In this document: positions 35,160-49,199 of the stretch, in pieces
Position numbering within the stretch: position 1 is the stretch's first letter
How the letters are laid out: every line of letters begins with the position of its first letter
Source: Dudresnaya verticillata
Taxonomy: Eukaryota
Length of the DNA stretch: 64,000 nt
NCBI GenBank assembly: GCA_977862235.1
Contig: OZ374557.1
Coordinates: 1 to 64,000 of the forward strand
Direction of reading: 5' to 3'
Made by a program: the position numbers and the translations under genes
The notes under the pieces: model-generated
Databases searched by the model: none
Seen by the model: only the letters and a program-made list of their open reading frames with translations
What the model was told of the DNA's origin: nothing

Positions 35160-38100
35160 ACGCGGTAGCGGGTAAGTATTTCGGACATCCACCGTTTTCA
35201 GACGTCAATATTCAACGCAAGAGCGGAGTGTCCCTTCTTTCTTTGAAGCGAAGACGACGGGTAACGCCAATGGAGATTGTGCTGCCTCGAGGAAACCGCT
35301 ACGCACCATTCGGTTGTAGTCGATCTTGTCGTTCCGCTTTTCAGCGATTCCCAACTCATCCTCCAGACTTATGCGACTTGGGAACACCGATGTGCGGTGG
35401 GGAAACGCCGTCGCGACGACTTGATGGCTGGATAACGCCTTTGGCGGGGTGCGAAGTTCGTCACCCAAATGCGAAGCGCTTTGAGCGGCTCCACTTGTGC
35501 GACACCGTTAGTAATGAGGACCCCTTTTCGCTTGTATAACGTCCCTGATGGTTGAATCATGACAACGCTGGCGCGCTCCGTCGTCACTGATATCCATTTC
35601 AAGGACTGTGGAGGGACGACGCCGCGTTCCATCATCCGAATCTTCGGCGACGTCCTTCCTCCGGCTGAGCCGTATTCTTGTTCTGGCGGCAGCGGTGGAT
35701 ACGAAGGTGGTCGGCTGGCCGGTCTTCGGGTGATGGGGACCCCGTTCCCATCATCCATTACCAACTCGCGGCTTCGCGGATAAATCGCTTCGACAAAGCG
35801 GCCGCAAAAGTGGCAGCCGAGTATAACTGGGACGGCTAGCCGTTCGCAAACAATAAACTCGAGTTGAGCAACTCGCCGTCCCAGACGAACGACCATTTAG
35901 TTGGCACCAAGCGTCCGAATTGCCCTGTTTATGGCGTCCGAAATGACGGGAAGGCTTTTCCGCACAATACGTGATCGCGTTTCGAGCGGTATGTCGCCAA
36001 TGCGAATGAAATTCGTACCAGCCCCCGTTTCGAGGACAGTTACCCATACGCGTCATGGTGCCCATTGCAGTGTACAAATCGGTATTCACTTTGTAATTAC
36101 GCTTGGCCATTAAGAGTAGCTCTCCTTGTACCTTGGAGGACTGGTACCGTCGCCATGGGCGCTTCAATGTCGTCTGTGACGATGCTAGCCGCCCTTGAGC
36201 ATTACCAACTTCTAGTCTCGGGCCTTACTTCCATGACAGCACCCGAGGAGTGAACGCCTCTTTGCGGTTTGAGACCGCAATGTCAGGAGTCGAAACATGG
36301 ACTAGATGTTTCGCCTCTGGCGGTGAGGGCGCTTCACAGCGATTCAATCCCGTCGGAAAACGTCCAGTTGCTTGCTTCATCGATACGCCTTGTGGAGATT
36401 GAGGTCATGCAACACGGTGATAAGCTACCCGTCCAGCGTGATTCTTGCAGAACCAGTACGCATCAGCTGGAACCGACGCCTTATCGGTATCAGCTAGACT
36501 CTCGTAATTGGGATTACCTCCAGGAACTCGCTCATGCGGAGGAAACACTCCGTTTCAACGTGACAGCGGTCGTAGCACTGATTGAAAATCCGCAGTCTTC
36601 GTCCATCTTGATGGGAAGGCCCGCGGTCTAACCATCCGGGCCTAGATCTCTGTGCAAGCGGGGTGTTCTTAGCAAGCGAGACGCTTGTCGCGGGTATTTT
36701 ACAACGTTCAATGGCGAATGCGGGGTCGTTTCGACCATCCTACTCGTCTTCGACGTAACCTTCCGTCCGCCCTGGTGACATCGGCGTCGATAATTGTCCG
36801 TCTCGCAGATACTGGTGCTCATTGGCGCACATCTCGAAACGACCTACATTGTCGTCCCGATGACTCGCGTCTCGGGGCTCGACGGAAGACTTCGCCAATA
36901 CGGTGTGTGATCCGGGCTTAGCGCTCTGACCACCTGGAGGCATATACTCGTCATCAGATGAGGAATCGTCACTCGACGAGTCCGAAGGTGACGAAGATGA
37001 CGATGATTCCCAACGTCTAGGACGGTTCTCTTGCCGCCTTTGACGTGTCTTGCGGCCGTCGCGCTTCTTGCGATCCCTACGCCGACGTCGACGGTCTTCA
37101 TCTGAGCTATCGTTTTCAAACGGTGGGCCATCGCGCCACTCGGCGGTTTTGAGTCGCTCCAAGCGGGTGGCCAAGCGGGCGAAAAGCTCCCAGATACTGG
37201 GGGTCCGAGCGGGTATGGTTAAACCCGCACCCCGCTCGTCAGTAGATGATCGAGGTCGGCGCGGAGCCCTTGAAGGGCCCTGTCGCGATCTTTGTCCAAC
37301 GTCTGAAAACGGATAAAGATTTCTCCGACACTGTCGTCTAGCATTTCGGCGAACCGAGCGAGTATCGCATCATCTTCAAGGACGCATACCTCTCGGATCC
37401 GTTCGTGTGGTATCGTCAAGTTGCTCACGCGAACCGCCACCGGTGACGCCGTTGGCGGTTGATGCGTGGGGATTGACCTGTTGGCCGATCCCCAAGCGCT
37501 TTGGCGTGGCGAATTCGGTTTAACCGGCGAACAAACGGCACTGCCATGGGGTGTGGGGCAATATGCCCCAGGTATAAGTGAATATATATAGTTCTGTTGC
37601 TGCGTCGTCCTTCCACCCATCGGCATAGCGGAACCAATAAACCGATTGGGCATATGGCGGGTCGAAGCAGATGAACTGCACCCCAATTGGTGCACCCCGT
37701 AGACGGAAAGGTTTGGCCAACAAGCGACTCACCTTCGCGGTATACCCAACTTCTCCATGGAATCGATACCACAACAAATCCGAAACGGTTGTGGTGCGCG
37801 CTTAGCAGTAGCTATGCACCCATCGGCTTTGCCACACAAACGCCCGCCGATTCGGAACGAAGCCAATACGCTGGTTTCCCTTGAACGGCTGCTCCGACAT
37901 GGCCTGATATCGTCGGGCTTCCAAAACGGTTGAGTAACCCTCGATGAAGTAAGACACCGTCATCGGTGGTGTCACCTTCGCCCGTTCCGCATCGGATCTC
38001 GTTGGGCGCCCTGCACAGTGATCGAAGTGGTGCCCTGGCCAGTATCCAGCTGGAGCTGGGCCCTCACCGCTTCGGTTTCGCGACATCGGCATCCAAGGGT

Positions 38101-38728
38101 TTGAGGCAGGCATGGCGCTTCGCACTGGCCCGCGCAACCGTTTCGGAGTACTGACAGACGGATGCGGGCTAGCCCCCATGCTCCGCACCGCCGTTGAGAC
38201 CGGGATCGAGGGCGTCCGTAGCTGAATACATGGCAGGTCTGCCAAGTTGAGTTCCTCGCCTCCACGTCGGACCTCATCCTCATCGGTCTTTATTAACGCT
38301 TCTCCGTCACGGTCGGCCGTTGCCTTCCTTGGCAGCACGGTGCTTGTGACGGTACGCGCAGCAAACCGATTCGGATCGTAGACCGACCAGCCGCGGCCCG
38401 CTGACGGTACACGCGAAGGCTCCGTCACGGCTGCACCCACGCGCTCACGTGTTATGGGCCGAGCCGCAGCCGCAGAGGAAGAAGCCTGCGCTTGAGTCGA
38501 AGCATCCATAACGGTAAGCGCGCCCGGCGCCCTTGTCGTCGCAGTAGCGCGGTCACGCCGTGTCGGTTGAAAGGGAGAGGGGGAGCGTTTGATCTTCTGC
38601 CTTGCCATGTTGGAAGAACGCTCACGAAGGAGAAGGGAAATTTGAGAGCGGTAACCGTATCGGCTGAGGGTGTGGGTGTGGAAGCGAGGGTAATCCGTGA
38701 CGGTGGGCGCACGAGGGCGTGGCGCCAT
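35160..38728 (-). mobile_element. Heavily decayed Ty3/gypsy fragment (leader or gag-like ORFs, protease region, start of RT)
   Basis: FIVCERLAVPVILGCHFC; QSPLALPVVFASKKEGTLRSCVEY*...TYPLPR, then truncated. Confidence 0.7.
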
Positions 38729-38970
38729 TTATGGAGGGGGGTCTGTGGTGCAGTGAGCCGTGGCGCGCCTGTGGTACGCCGACGACAAGCCAACCGTAAC
38801 GAATGATGCGGCAATACGCCACGTTGATGATCTGGAAACGTGGAACCGTGTCGGTGTTGTGCGCATTACTGTGCGCGGGTACGCACTGCTGTGCTGTAAG
38901 TGGAGCGCACCAACCGTAGCGGAGTTTTTGTAGTACTTATTCTTCAATTTTAGCGAGTATCTGTACAGTG

Positions 38971-39438
38971 TGTAGAGTAGTGAGCCAGCCAATGAGAATG
39001 CTGCGCTTGTCCGTGTCGGGGATTGGGACCAGCAGGGCCGATTACACGACGGGTCCAGACCCTTAGCGTCTGACCCACACGGACCGGACCGCTCGGTGCC
39101 ACCCTGGCTTGTATAGCAGGGCGGCACTGCAGCGGATCCTAAGGTAAACGGGCAAGCAACCCTTGAGCCTCAATCCCACTGTAGCTCTTTCCTTTACGGG
39201 TTTCCCCGCGCCGAGCCCGTTGCGGTCTACCAACACCACCGTTACGGAGTCCGTCTCGGCACTTCTACAACCCCCTTGTCTGTTGCTTCCCAATATCCGT
39301 TTTGGGTAGCCGTTCGCTGTTCTTCCTGTCGGTGCGAACTGCTCTACCACCCCGTGGAGGTAGCGTCGCTCTCGTCCCGTGAAGGAAAGTAAGGCCAGCT
39401 GTCCGTTACGGAAGTGCGTGAGTTTCCACTACACTACA
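38971..39438. mobile_element. Possible LTR (468 bp)
   Basis: TGTAGAGTAG...CTACACTACA, a 9/10 inverted terminal match. No clear target-site duplication. Confidence 0.35.
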
Positions 39439-40718
39439 GTGGGACGTTGAGTAAATCCCGGCAACCCGGTCCCAGACCTGAACCCCCTTTGCTAGTGCGT
39501 ACTTCTCGTTACCAACGAAGGCAACTGTAACTGCGCAGCTCCGCCCGCGCTTCCGCGTCAACCTACGTCCCAGACGCGTCTCTGTTTCTCTTTCTCCCTT
39601 TCTCTTTGCTGCTTTGTCTCTACCTTTACCACCCAGGGCGCTTACAGTCCGCCCTCTGCGCGTTTCCTTCGCTCTACGACACCCTCGCTACCAGCGTGCT
39701 ACCCACCGGGGTCAACTACCGCGAGGTGCTCCTCGGAGATGTTTCTCGTCTCTAGACGGTTTGAACCACAATCCCTCGGCCAACGTTCACGCACCCCATC
39801 CGCTGCGACGGTACGCCGCCCTCTTGAGGGGGCGGTATAGTGCAACGACCCTCGCAGCCCTGCACTGTTGATGAACGATGTCCCGTGTCACAAGTTTCAT
39901 AAGTAACACGTGTCATGCATGCGTCGCACCATCGGTGGCCACGTCGCCACGCACACACGTGCGTCACACGAGTTCATTCGCAACAGCTGTCCTCGGCCAT
40001 TTGGCTAGCCAGGGAGAGCTCTCCACCGTACGGACGTTTAGAAATGCATCAGCTTACGGTCGCCAATTGGCGTGCCTGACATTAGTGGCCCTATTGTAAG
40101 TTCTGTTCGGCTGCTTACAGGCCGCCGCCGTTGCGGGTGTAAGTAGTCTGCGGCTTGTGGTATAACGAAGTCCACGGTGACGCGGGGAAGTCTCACACTG
40201 TAAGGGATGGCCTCGGAGCCTAATGAATGGCCTCGTAGCCTAACGGAGAAACGAAAAGGGGTGGTAGCGTGGTAGAGCGGAGCGAGCAACACGAAGGACC
40301 CCGGTGTCAACGTATTCGTGTGCGGAAGGGAGAACTCGAGCGATCGATCACCGGGGATGACTCCGGGTGCGCGAGGCTATCGAAAGCGAGGCTCGACCGT
40401 ATCCGCGGTCACAAGACGAAGACACCGAACTCGAAGAAACAGGCGTTTACCGAAGACTCCGAGGTCCGGGCGCTAGTCGCTTACCGGAAACCCTCGGAGG
40501 TTGTGCCAGACGACTGGCTAAGTAATGCTACGTGAGCACGAATACACGTCAACGCGGGAGACGGTTCGTACGAATGATTCGTAACGGCCTCGGTGACAAC
40601 GAACGGTCGCCTCACGTATGGTGTCGGCTACGAAGTGCGCCAGCGATGCATACGGAGGTGCGCGTGTCTCGTGGGCCCCGGTGCATTTACGCACGGGAAA
40701 CAACGGGAAAGACACGAA

Positions 40719-40910
40719 GGTGTCAGCGATTTCGTATCGGGTGCGCACTGTAATGCGAATGCCATCGTGGCGCGCGCGATCACGAAGTCGGCTCGGAATT
40801 CGTCTGGAGGTGTCAGCGATTTCGCATCACGTGCGTGCTGTAATGCGAGTGCCATCGTGGCGCGCGCACAGTATGCGCACTGTAATACGTTTGCCATCGT
40901 GGCGTGCGCA
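40719..40910. repeat. ~90-bp imperfect tandem repeat
   Basis: GGTGTCAGCGATTTCG...CTGTAATGCGA.TGCCATCGTGGCGCGCGC twice, plus a partial third copy. Confidence 0.75.
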
Positions 40911-42399
40911 TTCACGGAGTCACTTCGAAATTCGTATTTCTCGATTATTTTCACGTAGACCACGGAGTCGTTTCGTGGACAGCGTCTACACCACACGGCC
41001 CCCTCCTCAAGAGCAAACGTCCCGGTCGCGGGTTACGGATTTACGAATTGGCGTGGCCTGCGTGCAAACGATGCAATACGAAGCGCAGAATTTCGATATG
41101 GTCCGACCGCGACAAACCGAGAGTTGCGAATCGCGATTGACTTGGACTTCGGAATCGGCGAAGACCTCGGGAATCACGGAGACAAAACGGATTCGAAATC
41201 GCAGCTTCGGTTCTCGAATGGCGGGGTCATCGAGACTTCGGAATTTCACGTGCACGGCCCTCTCCTCAAGACGAAGGCGTCCGCGCCAACGTGCTTGGGG
41301 GGTGGGGTGCGGATACGCGCTCCTCGGAGAGCTGTGCGGGTGTTGCGATGATCGCGCAGGGCAAGTCGCGTGAGCTCTGGGGCTGTCGTGGGGGAACTGC
41401 TTCGGGGGCCCATCGGTGCGGGCGGAACGTATCCGTATTGGGGCGCCGAGGCCATGCGAGAGGATTGCGCTTGGCGGCTACGAGGACTCCGTGGTCATTG
41501 CGAAGGCGCGTCGTAACAGGTGAGCTCCGTGTCGCAAGTGAGGCGCGGGTTTTGCGAAGTCGAAGTGCGCGTTGCGGGTGGCATCGGCCTCGAAGTATGA
41601 TGTCAGGCGCGTATGACAAGTTACGTATAGTTCACCGTGTCCGTCCGTCGCGGTGTCAGCTCCTGTAATGCGAGTGCCGCGTTGCAACCGGGTGCGCGCG
41701 GTGCGCCTTTGCGGATTTCACGAGGGGCGCTGAGTTGGGGCGGTGGTGGTCGACACCGCCCGACGGCGTGGAGCGCAACTTCGTGGGGGCATTGGCTTCG
41801 TGATCGCGTATAGTTGATGTGGTGGCGTGTTGTCTCCGAGGACCTCGGTGTCGTGCGGTGCGCGGCCGGGGAGTGGCGCGACGAACGCAATCCGGTGCGG
41901 GTCGAGCTAAGCGAAGACGGCGATCACGGAGCGTGCCGTGTCGAAGTCGACTTCGTGAATGTTGCGGGAAAGACTGCGGGTTGTCGCCAAGGGCTGCGTT
42001 GGCGTGGCATAGAAATTGCGCAGCTGCGGTAGCGTCATTTGCGGGGTGACGGTCGTCTGCTCCGAGGCATCCGTGTGTATCGGGGCAGTTGTCGTGCGAC
42101 GAAGACGCGTCGCGAAATACGGAGACGAGTATCACGAAGTTGGGGCACGAGAGGCGCGTAGCGGTATCGTGCAAACGTATGCTCCGGGGCAATCGAAATG
42201 AGCACTTTCATGATCAGCACGTGATGCAAGAACGTAGTGGGGTGCCGGGGCCGTTCGTGTGGTGAGCCTCGTGTGCCGCGCAACTCGAGTGGGCGTACGC
42301 GTTATTCGGGCTGCGGGGTGCGGATCACGAAGTCGGGGCCACGGAACAACTCGGGGTCCCAGTCGGAGAGCCATTCGTGGGCGAGTAGCACGGGATCAC

Positions 42400-45300
42400 G
42401 CGGGTCCGCTTGGCTTCGAAGCCTTGCGAAGTAGCGCGAAACGAGTTCTTCGGGTACGTGCGTACGAGGTTCTCACATAGGCTTCGCGTAGCCGTCCCAC
42501 TTGATACGAAACACGAATTTCCCGTCCTCGTCGGTCGAGTGATCGAGGATACGATCTACAACGTACTCGGGGCCTTCTTTGACCTTTTCCGCGATGTCTT
42601 CGGGTCGCGTTATCGATGGGCGCGAATTCGTAGGTGGTGGCGCGTAGATGCAGCGGTCCGCGGAGACGCGTTCAACGAGGCCCTGGCGATCGATTACGAG
42701 TGTACGCGTATCGTTGAAGAGCACTTTGTACGGCCCCTCCGCGGGGGATTTCAACTTCGGAAGTTTCGTTTTTCCATCGTGGGTATCGAGGAAGACGTAG
42801 TCTCCGGGTTTGACGCGACTCTTCGTGCGTCGGATGCGTTTTTCGAAGTCGCGCTTGTATCGGTTTTTCACACGTGTAGCGAAGTTCTCGCGGAGGTGAT
42901 TGAGACATCGAGTCGCTTAATGAAATTGCTTCGAATGCCCTCCGTGGGTTTCGGTCGGTGCTTTCGGGAGCGATGCTTGACGGTGAATTCGGGCGGCGGT
43001 CGCGATAAAACGGGATTGAACGGAGTTGTCTTCGTAGACCGATGAACGTGGCAATTGTACGAATACGTTAACGCGGAAACGTAGCGGTCCCAATCGTTTT
43101 GGTGGTCGTTCACGTAGTTACGAAGCATCGCGAGGATAGTCCAGTTATATCGTTCGTTTTGTCCATTCATTTGCGGATAATATGCGGAGGTGAACACGTT
43201 CGATAACCCGAGTAAGCGACAGACGCCCTGAAAGAACTTCGAAGTAAACTGTTTCCCGTTATCCGAGAGCACCGAGGCTGGCGGTCCATACTTGAATATC
43301 CAAACTTCGCAAAAAGCAACGACCACGTGATACGCGGTTGTTACTCGTAGTGTGGCCACCTGGGTCAACTTCGTAAAGCGATCCATAATCACGAGGATGA
43401 ACTTGCGTCCGTATTTCGTACGTGGCAACGGGCCGAAGATGTCAATCGCGACCGATTCGAGTGGGCGCGTAGCTGGGAAGAGCTTCAAGCGATGAAGGTT
43501 CCTTCGTAAGCGAATCCGATTTCGTGCGCAGTGCTTGCAACTTCGGACCGTAGATGCGATATCGACAGCCATGTAAGGCCATTAATACGTTTCACGAAGT
43601 GAGTAGAACATGCGATTCTGCCCCGGGTGGCCAGCGAGTAACGAATGGTGCGCTAGCGTAAGTAACCGGGGTCGGGGCGTTTCGGGCAATACGATTTGCG
43701 TTAACTTCGGAATTGTCGGATGCGTTCGTCGCAGGAGACCGTCTCCATCTTCGTGAAAGAGAGTATCCTTTGTTTTCGATTGTCGTGCTTGCACCGTTTG
43801 GCAGAACGAATCAATACGTTGTCCTTCGAGGATTTCGGATACCATAATCGGCACAGGTAGGTCCACGGGTTTCACGTCGGTGAGGTCACTCGGTTCGTCG
43901 TTGGGGTCAGTTCGATAAAGGTCAAACGGATCATCGTCATCGAGATCGGCCCATAAATCGCAGTCATCGTAGACATCCTTTTGTCCTGAGTATTCATCAC
44001 GTAGTTCTGCGTCGTGTTCGTGTTCGCAGCCTTCGTGGCACGTATGATTGTGGGGTTCGGAACCCGTGGTGACCGCCGTGGGTCGTGGCGTATTGCCTGC
44101 TCGGTGTACGCGTTTCGCGGGTGTAGTCTTTCGCGTAGATTCGTGGCGAATCGCTGTGGTCTTCGATTGACATTTGCGGGATCGCGTAGTAATGAGAACC
44201 GGGTCTCTTTCGTTTTCGGTGGTTTTCGTGATGTCGTTGCGGAAACATTCTTCGTTCTTCGCTGCGATTTGATCCGAGTCAAACGTAGGAACTTCGTCGT
44301 CGATTGCGGGTTGTTCGCGATGCGGAAGTAGCAAATCACGAGAGGGCATCGGGAATTTGGTGGACGCGACCGGGGCGATACAAGATTTCGAAGTCGAACT
44401 CGGCTAAGCGAAGCCTCCATCGCGTGAGTCGCCCGGACCAATTGGTAAGGCAAATAAGCCATCGGAGCGCATCGTGGTCCGTACGCTCGGTGAACCGGGT
44501 CCCTTCGATATACGGACGCAACAAAGTAACCGCCCATACGACTGCGTAGCATTCGCGCTCGGTTGCGGAGTAGTTCTTCTCGGCATCGTTTAACGAATAC
44601 GACCAGTAGCCCACGGGTTGGAATTCTTCGTTATCTTGCTCTTGTAGCAACGCGCATCCGAGTTGATACGCAGACACGTCCGTATCGATGATGTAGCGTT
44701 TCCCAAGTTGTGGTAGCCGGAGTATCGGGGGTGACACGAGCTTTCGTTTGAGCGGTTCGAATGCGGTAACCTGATCCTCCGTGGGATTCTCGTAGTCGGG
44801 ATCCGCGTCCTTTCGTGTCATGTTCGTCAACGGGCGCGCAATTTTCGCGAAGTCTTTCACGAATCTTCGGTATACGTTACACGCGCCGAGGAACGAACGG
44901 ACTTGCGTGAGTGTCTTCGGGAACTTCGTGTATCGGAATGCTTCGGAGCCCTTCTCACCCATACTCAGATTCCCCCGGGGAAATTACGTGTCCGAGATAG
45001 TCGACTCGCTTTCACAAAAGGAAGCTCTTCTTCATCTTGAGCGAAACCCCGGCGTTACGAAGTAGCGTGAGGACTTGATCGAGATGCGCGATGTGTTCAC
45101 GAAGATTCGCAGAGAAAACGATCACATCATCGAGGTAAACGAGACAGCACTGCCAATGGACTCCGGATAGAATGATGTCGAGTGCGCGTTGAAACGTAGC
45201 GGGCGCGTTTTCAATCCAAAGGGCATACGAAGATAACGATAAGTTCCGAGAAACGAAGTAGACGTAGTCCTATCGCGGTCTTCCGGGGCAACCGGAATCT

Positions 45301-48300
45301 TCCAGTACCCGCTGTTACAATTAAGTGTCGAGAAAATCGAAGCGTCTCCGAGTGAATCGATACAATATTCCACCCGGGGAAGTAGGTACGCGTCGGATAG
45401 CGTCTTCGTATTGAGCCTTCGGTAATCTACGCAAAAACGAAGTGTTCCGTCTTTCTTCGGTGCGAGGACTACGGGGGACGCCCACTGCGAGGTGGCTGGT
45501 TCGATTACTCCGGCTTCGAGCATACTGTCGATTTCGTTACGCACGATTTCACGTATTGCGGGCCCTTGACAGTAGGGAATCGAACGAATAGGTCGCGTCC
45601 CGGGTTGTAGATCGATCCGATGCTCCGTGGCTGCGATCGTTACTAGGTCTCCGTTCCACATCGATTCGTGCTTACGTAGCATCTCGAGGACCTCGTTTCG
45701 CATAGTTTCGTCGGGTATGTTCGAAAGGTCTACGCGTTCTTCCCAATAGCGGGAACTCGAATTGGCTTCTGCTGCTGCAGTCGCGGCGCCCTTCGGGAGC
45801 GGTTTTTCCTTCGTGGATACGGATTCTTCGGGTGACTTCGAGTCGTCGTGCTCACGTAGAGTAGAGATGTTAAGCACCTTGGCGAACGAATCTGCGACTT
45901 CGCGATCGGGTGTGAAAATAGCGAGCTGGTTTCGAGCTGCGTATCCGATGACGGTTCCCTTCGGTAGAGCTCGAGGCTTATCCGTGACGTTCGCCATCAA
46001 CACCGAAAACTCGCGATTCGGACTGACTTCGTGTATCCCGTTCGTTAACCGTACTCCGTGTCGGTGTTGTAACGAAGGCTTCGGTTCGATATGAATTAGT
46101 CCGAGTGCTTCCGAGATCACGGTGACTAGCTTCTGCGAATAAATCGGTATGGTCACGCGGCGGTTCAAACGAATGGTGCGGCTGTCGCGGTCCCAATCGT
46201 GGAGCTCGCGTTGATGTCGCTTCGATAGCGTTTTCTCGAATTTCTGCTTCGGATTCTTCGAATTAATTGCGGGCGAAGCCGATCCATCAATGCGATTGAT
46301 AATCGGAATCGTGCTTCCACTCTTCGTGATGAGCGTCCGTGGGCTGAGCTCGATGCTTCGTAAATGCGCGTCCATCCACGAAGTTCCGAGGAGAACGTCG
46401 ACTGCGAGTCTCTCCGCAACCACGAAGGGCACGCGGTATCGAACGTTCCCAAGGGGGACTTTCAGGTAAACGATACCATCGAGTCGCAACGGGGTGCGAT
46501 CAGCGGACGCGAGCCTCGGAGCTGATTCCATCGTGGACGCGTTCGCTTCCCAACCGGTGGGTAACGCAGCCCGGGCTATTAGATTGTAACCGGAACACGC
46601 ATCGACTTCAATCGTATGCGTCGTCATTACGGAGGCATCGAGGTCAATGGATCCAGTCACGAGGAAGATTTCCGAAGTCATCAAGCAAACGTATCCCTCG
46701 GTGGTAACTTCGGGTTCGATCTTCGAGATCGGTATCTTCTTCGAATTGCTTTCGCACGAAGCGTCTTTCGCGAGGACTAGACATCGCTTTCGGTCTCTTC
46801 GTCATGCAGCGCGCTTCCTTCGTATCGCAGCGGCTCTCGGAATCGGAATATGCGGAGTGTCTCGGGGAACGGATTCAGACGAAGTACGTGACACAATGGG
46901 CGTCTTCGCCTTTACTCGTTTTCCGAACTCGAACTAGAATCCGAATTACGAGCGTACGCGTTAAGAGGGGTGGTTGATCGATCACCTCTTCCGTTATTCG
47001 CGGATTCTTCGTAAGCCTCCGAGGGCAGGTTCGGGTGACTCGGCTCAATCGCGTCAACGTTTTCACGGACTGCGAGAACCGGTTGACGGCCCGGGGCCTG
47101 CGCGTGTCTCGGATTGCGGAGGACGGTCGGTGGTCCTCGACGCTCAAAGCTGACTTGACGCTGGGCTCTGTCCCTCGGGTAGCGCGTATCGCCTTGACGA
47201 AGATGTCCGTTTACGCGATTGTCACGCGATCCTCGGGAGTCTTGTCCACGGTGACCTCGATGGTCAACGGATGCGAACGAATTCCCTCTTGCGGCACCGC
47301 GATTCACGAAGTTATTACGCGTATACGGTCTCGTCTCGAGTTGATAGAGATAGTTCTGATACGCGCAGTAGAGTTGTTGCTCCTTCGTGAGATACGGACA
47401 CGAATACATCAGGTGACCGATTTTGCGACAGCACCAACACGGCCACGCATCCTGGTTCTTCGGGATCATCGAACGCGCCATCTCGATTTGCTCCGGGTTC
47501 ATCGGTGGGACACGCGCGGGTACGAAACGCTCGATGCGACTCGTGAGATCTAACGTATCGTCGACGGAGACCGTTGTCGAAGTAGTCGGTGTAGCGGGTG
47601 TGGACCCGGTTCCTGAACGAATCATCATCACGGTCATTTGCGGATCTTCGTTCATCGGGCACTCGAATTCACTCCCGGGAGTGTCGCAAGCTTCGATAAG
47701 CATCGTGCGTCCGGGCGCTTGGCGACTCTTCGGGTACGTAGGAGACACTCGGTTCTTCGAATCACGCGACTATTGGGCCGCGGGGTCACGTTGTTCGCGA
47801 GCTCGGCATGTCGTACCTTTGGCTTGCGCGATTCGTTGTACGCTCATGAAGTTCTTTTGCTGGGACAACGGTAAACGGCGAACCTGGTCGGCCACGATAG
47901 GATACGTAGTAGGTAGTAATCCACGAATAAACTGGTGCGTTAACGAAGAGTAATCGTAGACACCGGAGCAGACATCCGCGTAGCCTTGCAAACGAGTCGC
48001 GAACTCCATCTCGGTTTCATCAGACTTCTGCTTCGCGGTTATCACGCGATCGTGTGCGTCTGCGATTACGTCTTCCGTGAGAAATCGTTGTAGTAACACG
48101 TTCACGATCGCGGACCAGCAAACCGGGTTGCCCGTACGAACGCCTCCGAAGGCATAGTGTTGATACAGCTTGAGCGCGGTCTCATCGAGAAACCACGAAA
48201 TCGTAAGAACCGCTGCTCCTTCGGTGAGCCCGACTCCGTTCAACGCTTGTCGAATATCACGAAGAAATGCGAGAACCTTAATCGGATCGCGTCCCGTAAA

Positions 48301-49160
48301 CTTCTCGAGTCTCGGCATCATCGAACGCATGCCCGAAACGGTTTTCGACGTGTTACCTCGGAATACTTCGTGTTGGTTATCCCGGGGTGACGAATTCGTG
48401 AGTCGATACGATCGATAGCTTACGGCCCACGCGAATTCGGGAATGAGCGTCGGTATCGGTTCGACGCCCGGCTCGAGCGGTCCCCAGTGCCAGAACGATG
48501 ACACGGGTCCCGCGAGCAATAACGGATTTTCGATTACGGGTCCTCCGGGGGACATCGGTGGTTGAAGTGAAGCTCGGAATACTGCGGGGTTGATACGGGG
48601 GTTGTCGGAGGCATCGGTTGCCTGATGCGATAAGAGGGGCGGGGACTGATTCGGATGCGTGTTTTGCGGTAACGTAGATTGGACACCCAGGCCTTGCACG
48701 GGTTGAACTAGCGGTGAATTGCGGGGGTCAGGACGGGCTTCGGGACGATCTTCGCGACTTCGAGTCTTTTCCTTCGGTAACGCGGCGGACACGATGTCAT
48801 GAATAGCGTTCAACTGTTCCTCCGAGAATGCGTGCGAGCTGCGAACGGGAGGCGAGTGACTCGCCTTGCCCACGGGGGCGGATACGTTGCGCTCGAGCAC
48901 GAGAAACCAGTTGCTGACTCCCGAGACGAGATCCCGGAGACTCTCGAGTGAGTCTTCGATCCTACGGACCTTGCCAGCGCGGAGATTGTTGAACTGTTCG
49001 TGAACTCGATTGTGCGTATTACGGATTGAAAGCTTCGTGATAAAGTACGCGGTAGAAAGGGCATCGATGACCTCTTCGTAGAGTAACGTAGTTCTGAACC
49101 GGAGACGTCCTTCATCGAGAAGAGTCGATCGACGGTTATGTCCCGCCGACCACAACCGAT
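42400..49160 (-). mobile_element. Chromodomain-bearing Ty3/gypsy element A, inactive, 5' end missing
   Basis: Gag 49155-46912 with one TAG at 47770 and a CWCC..GH..C knuckle. Protease VDACSGYNLI; RT WASPVVLAPKKDGTLRFCVDYR; RNase H; integrase LSDNGKQF; chromodomain EYVVDRILDH..FRIKWDGY. Confidence 0.93.
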
Positions 49161-49199
49161 GCGCTCGACGCGCCGGCGGCGGCGAGCCTCTGGAGTGAC

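Noticed and set aside
37802..38728. 308-aa ORF as a host gene
   Set aside because: It lies among retroelement remnants and has no recognisable domain; probably TE-derived.
39500..42400. Conserved antisense gene in the 3' regions of elements A and B
   Set aside because: I could not align the ORFs here with those at 49200-51200; high GC explains the open frames.
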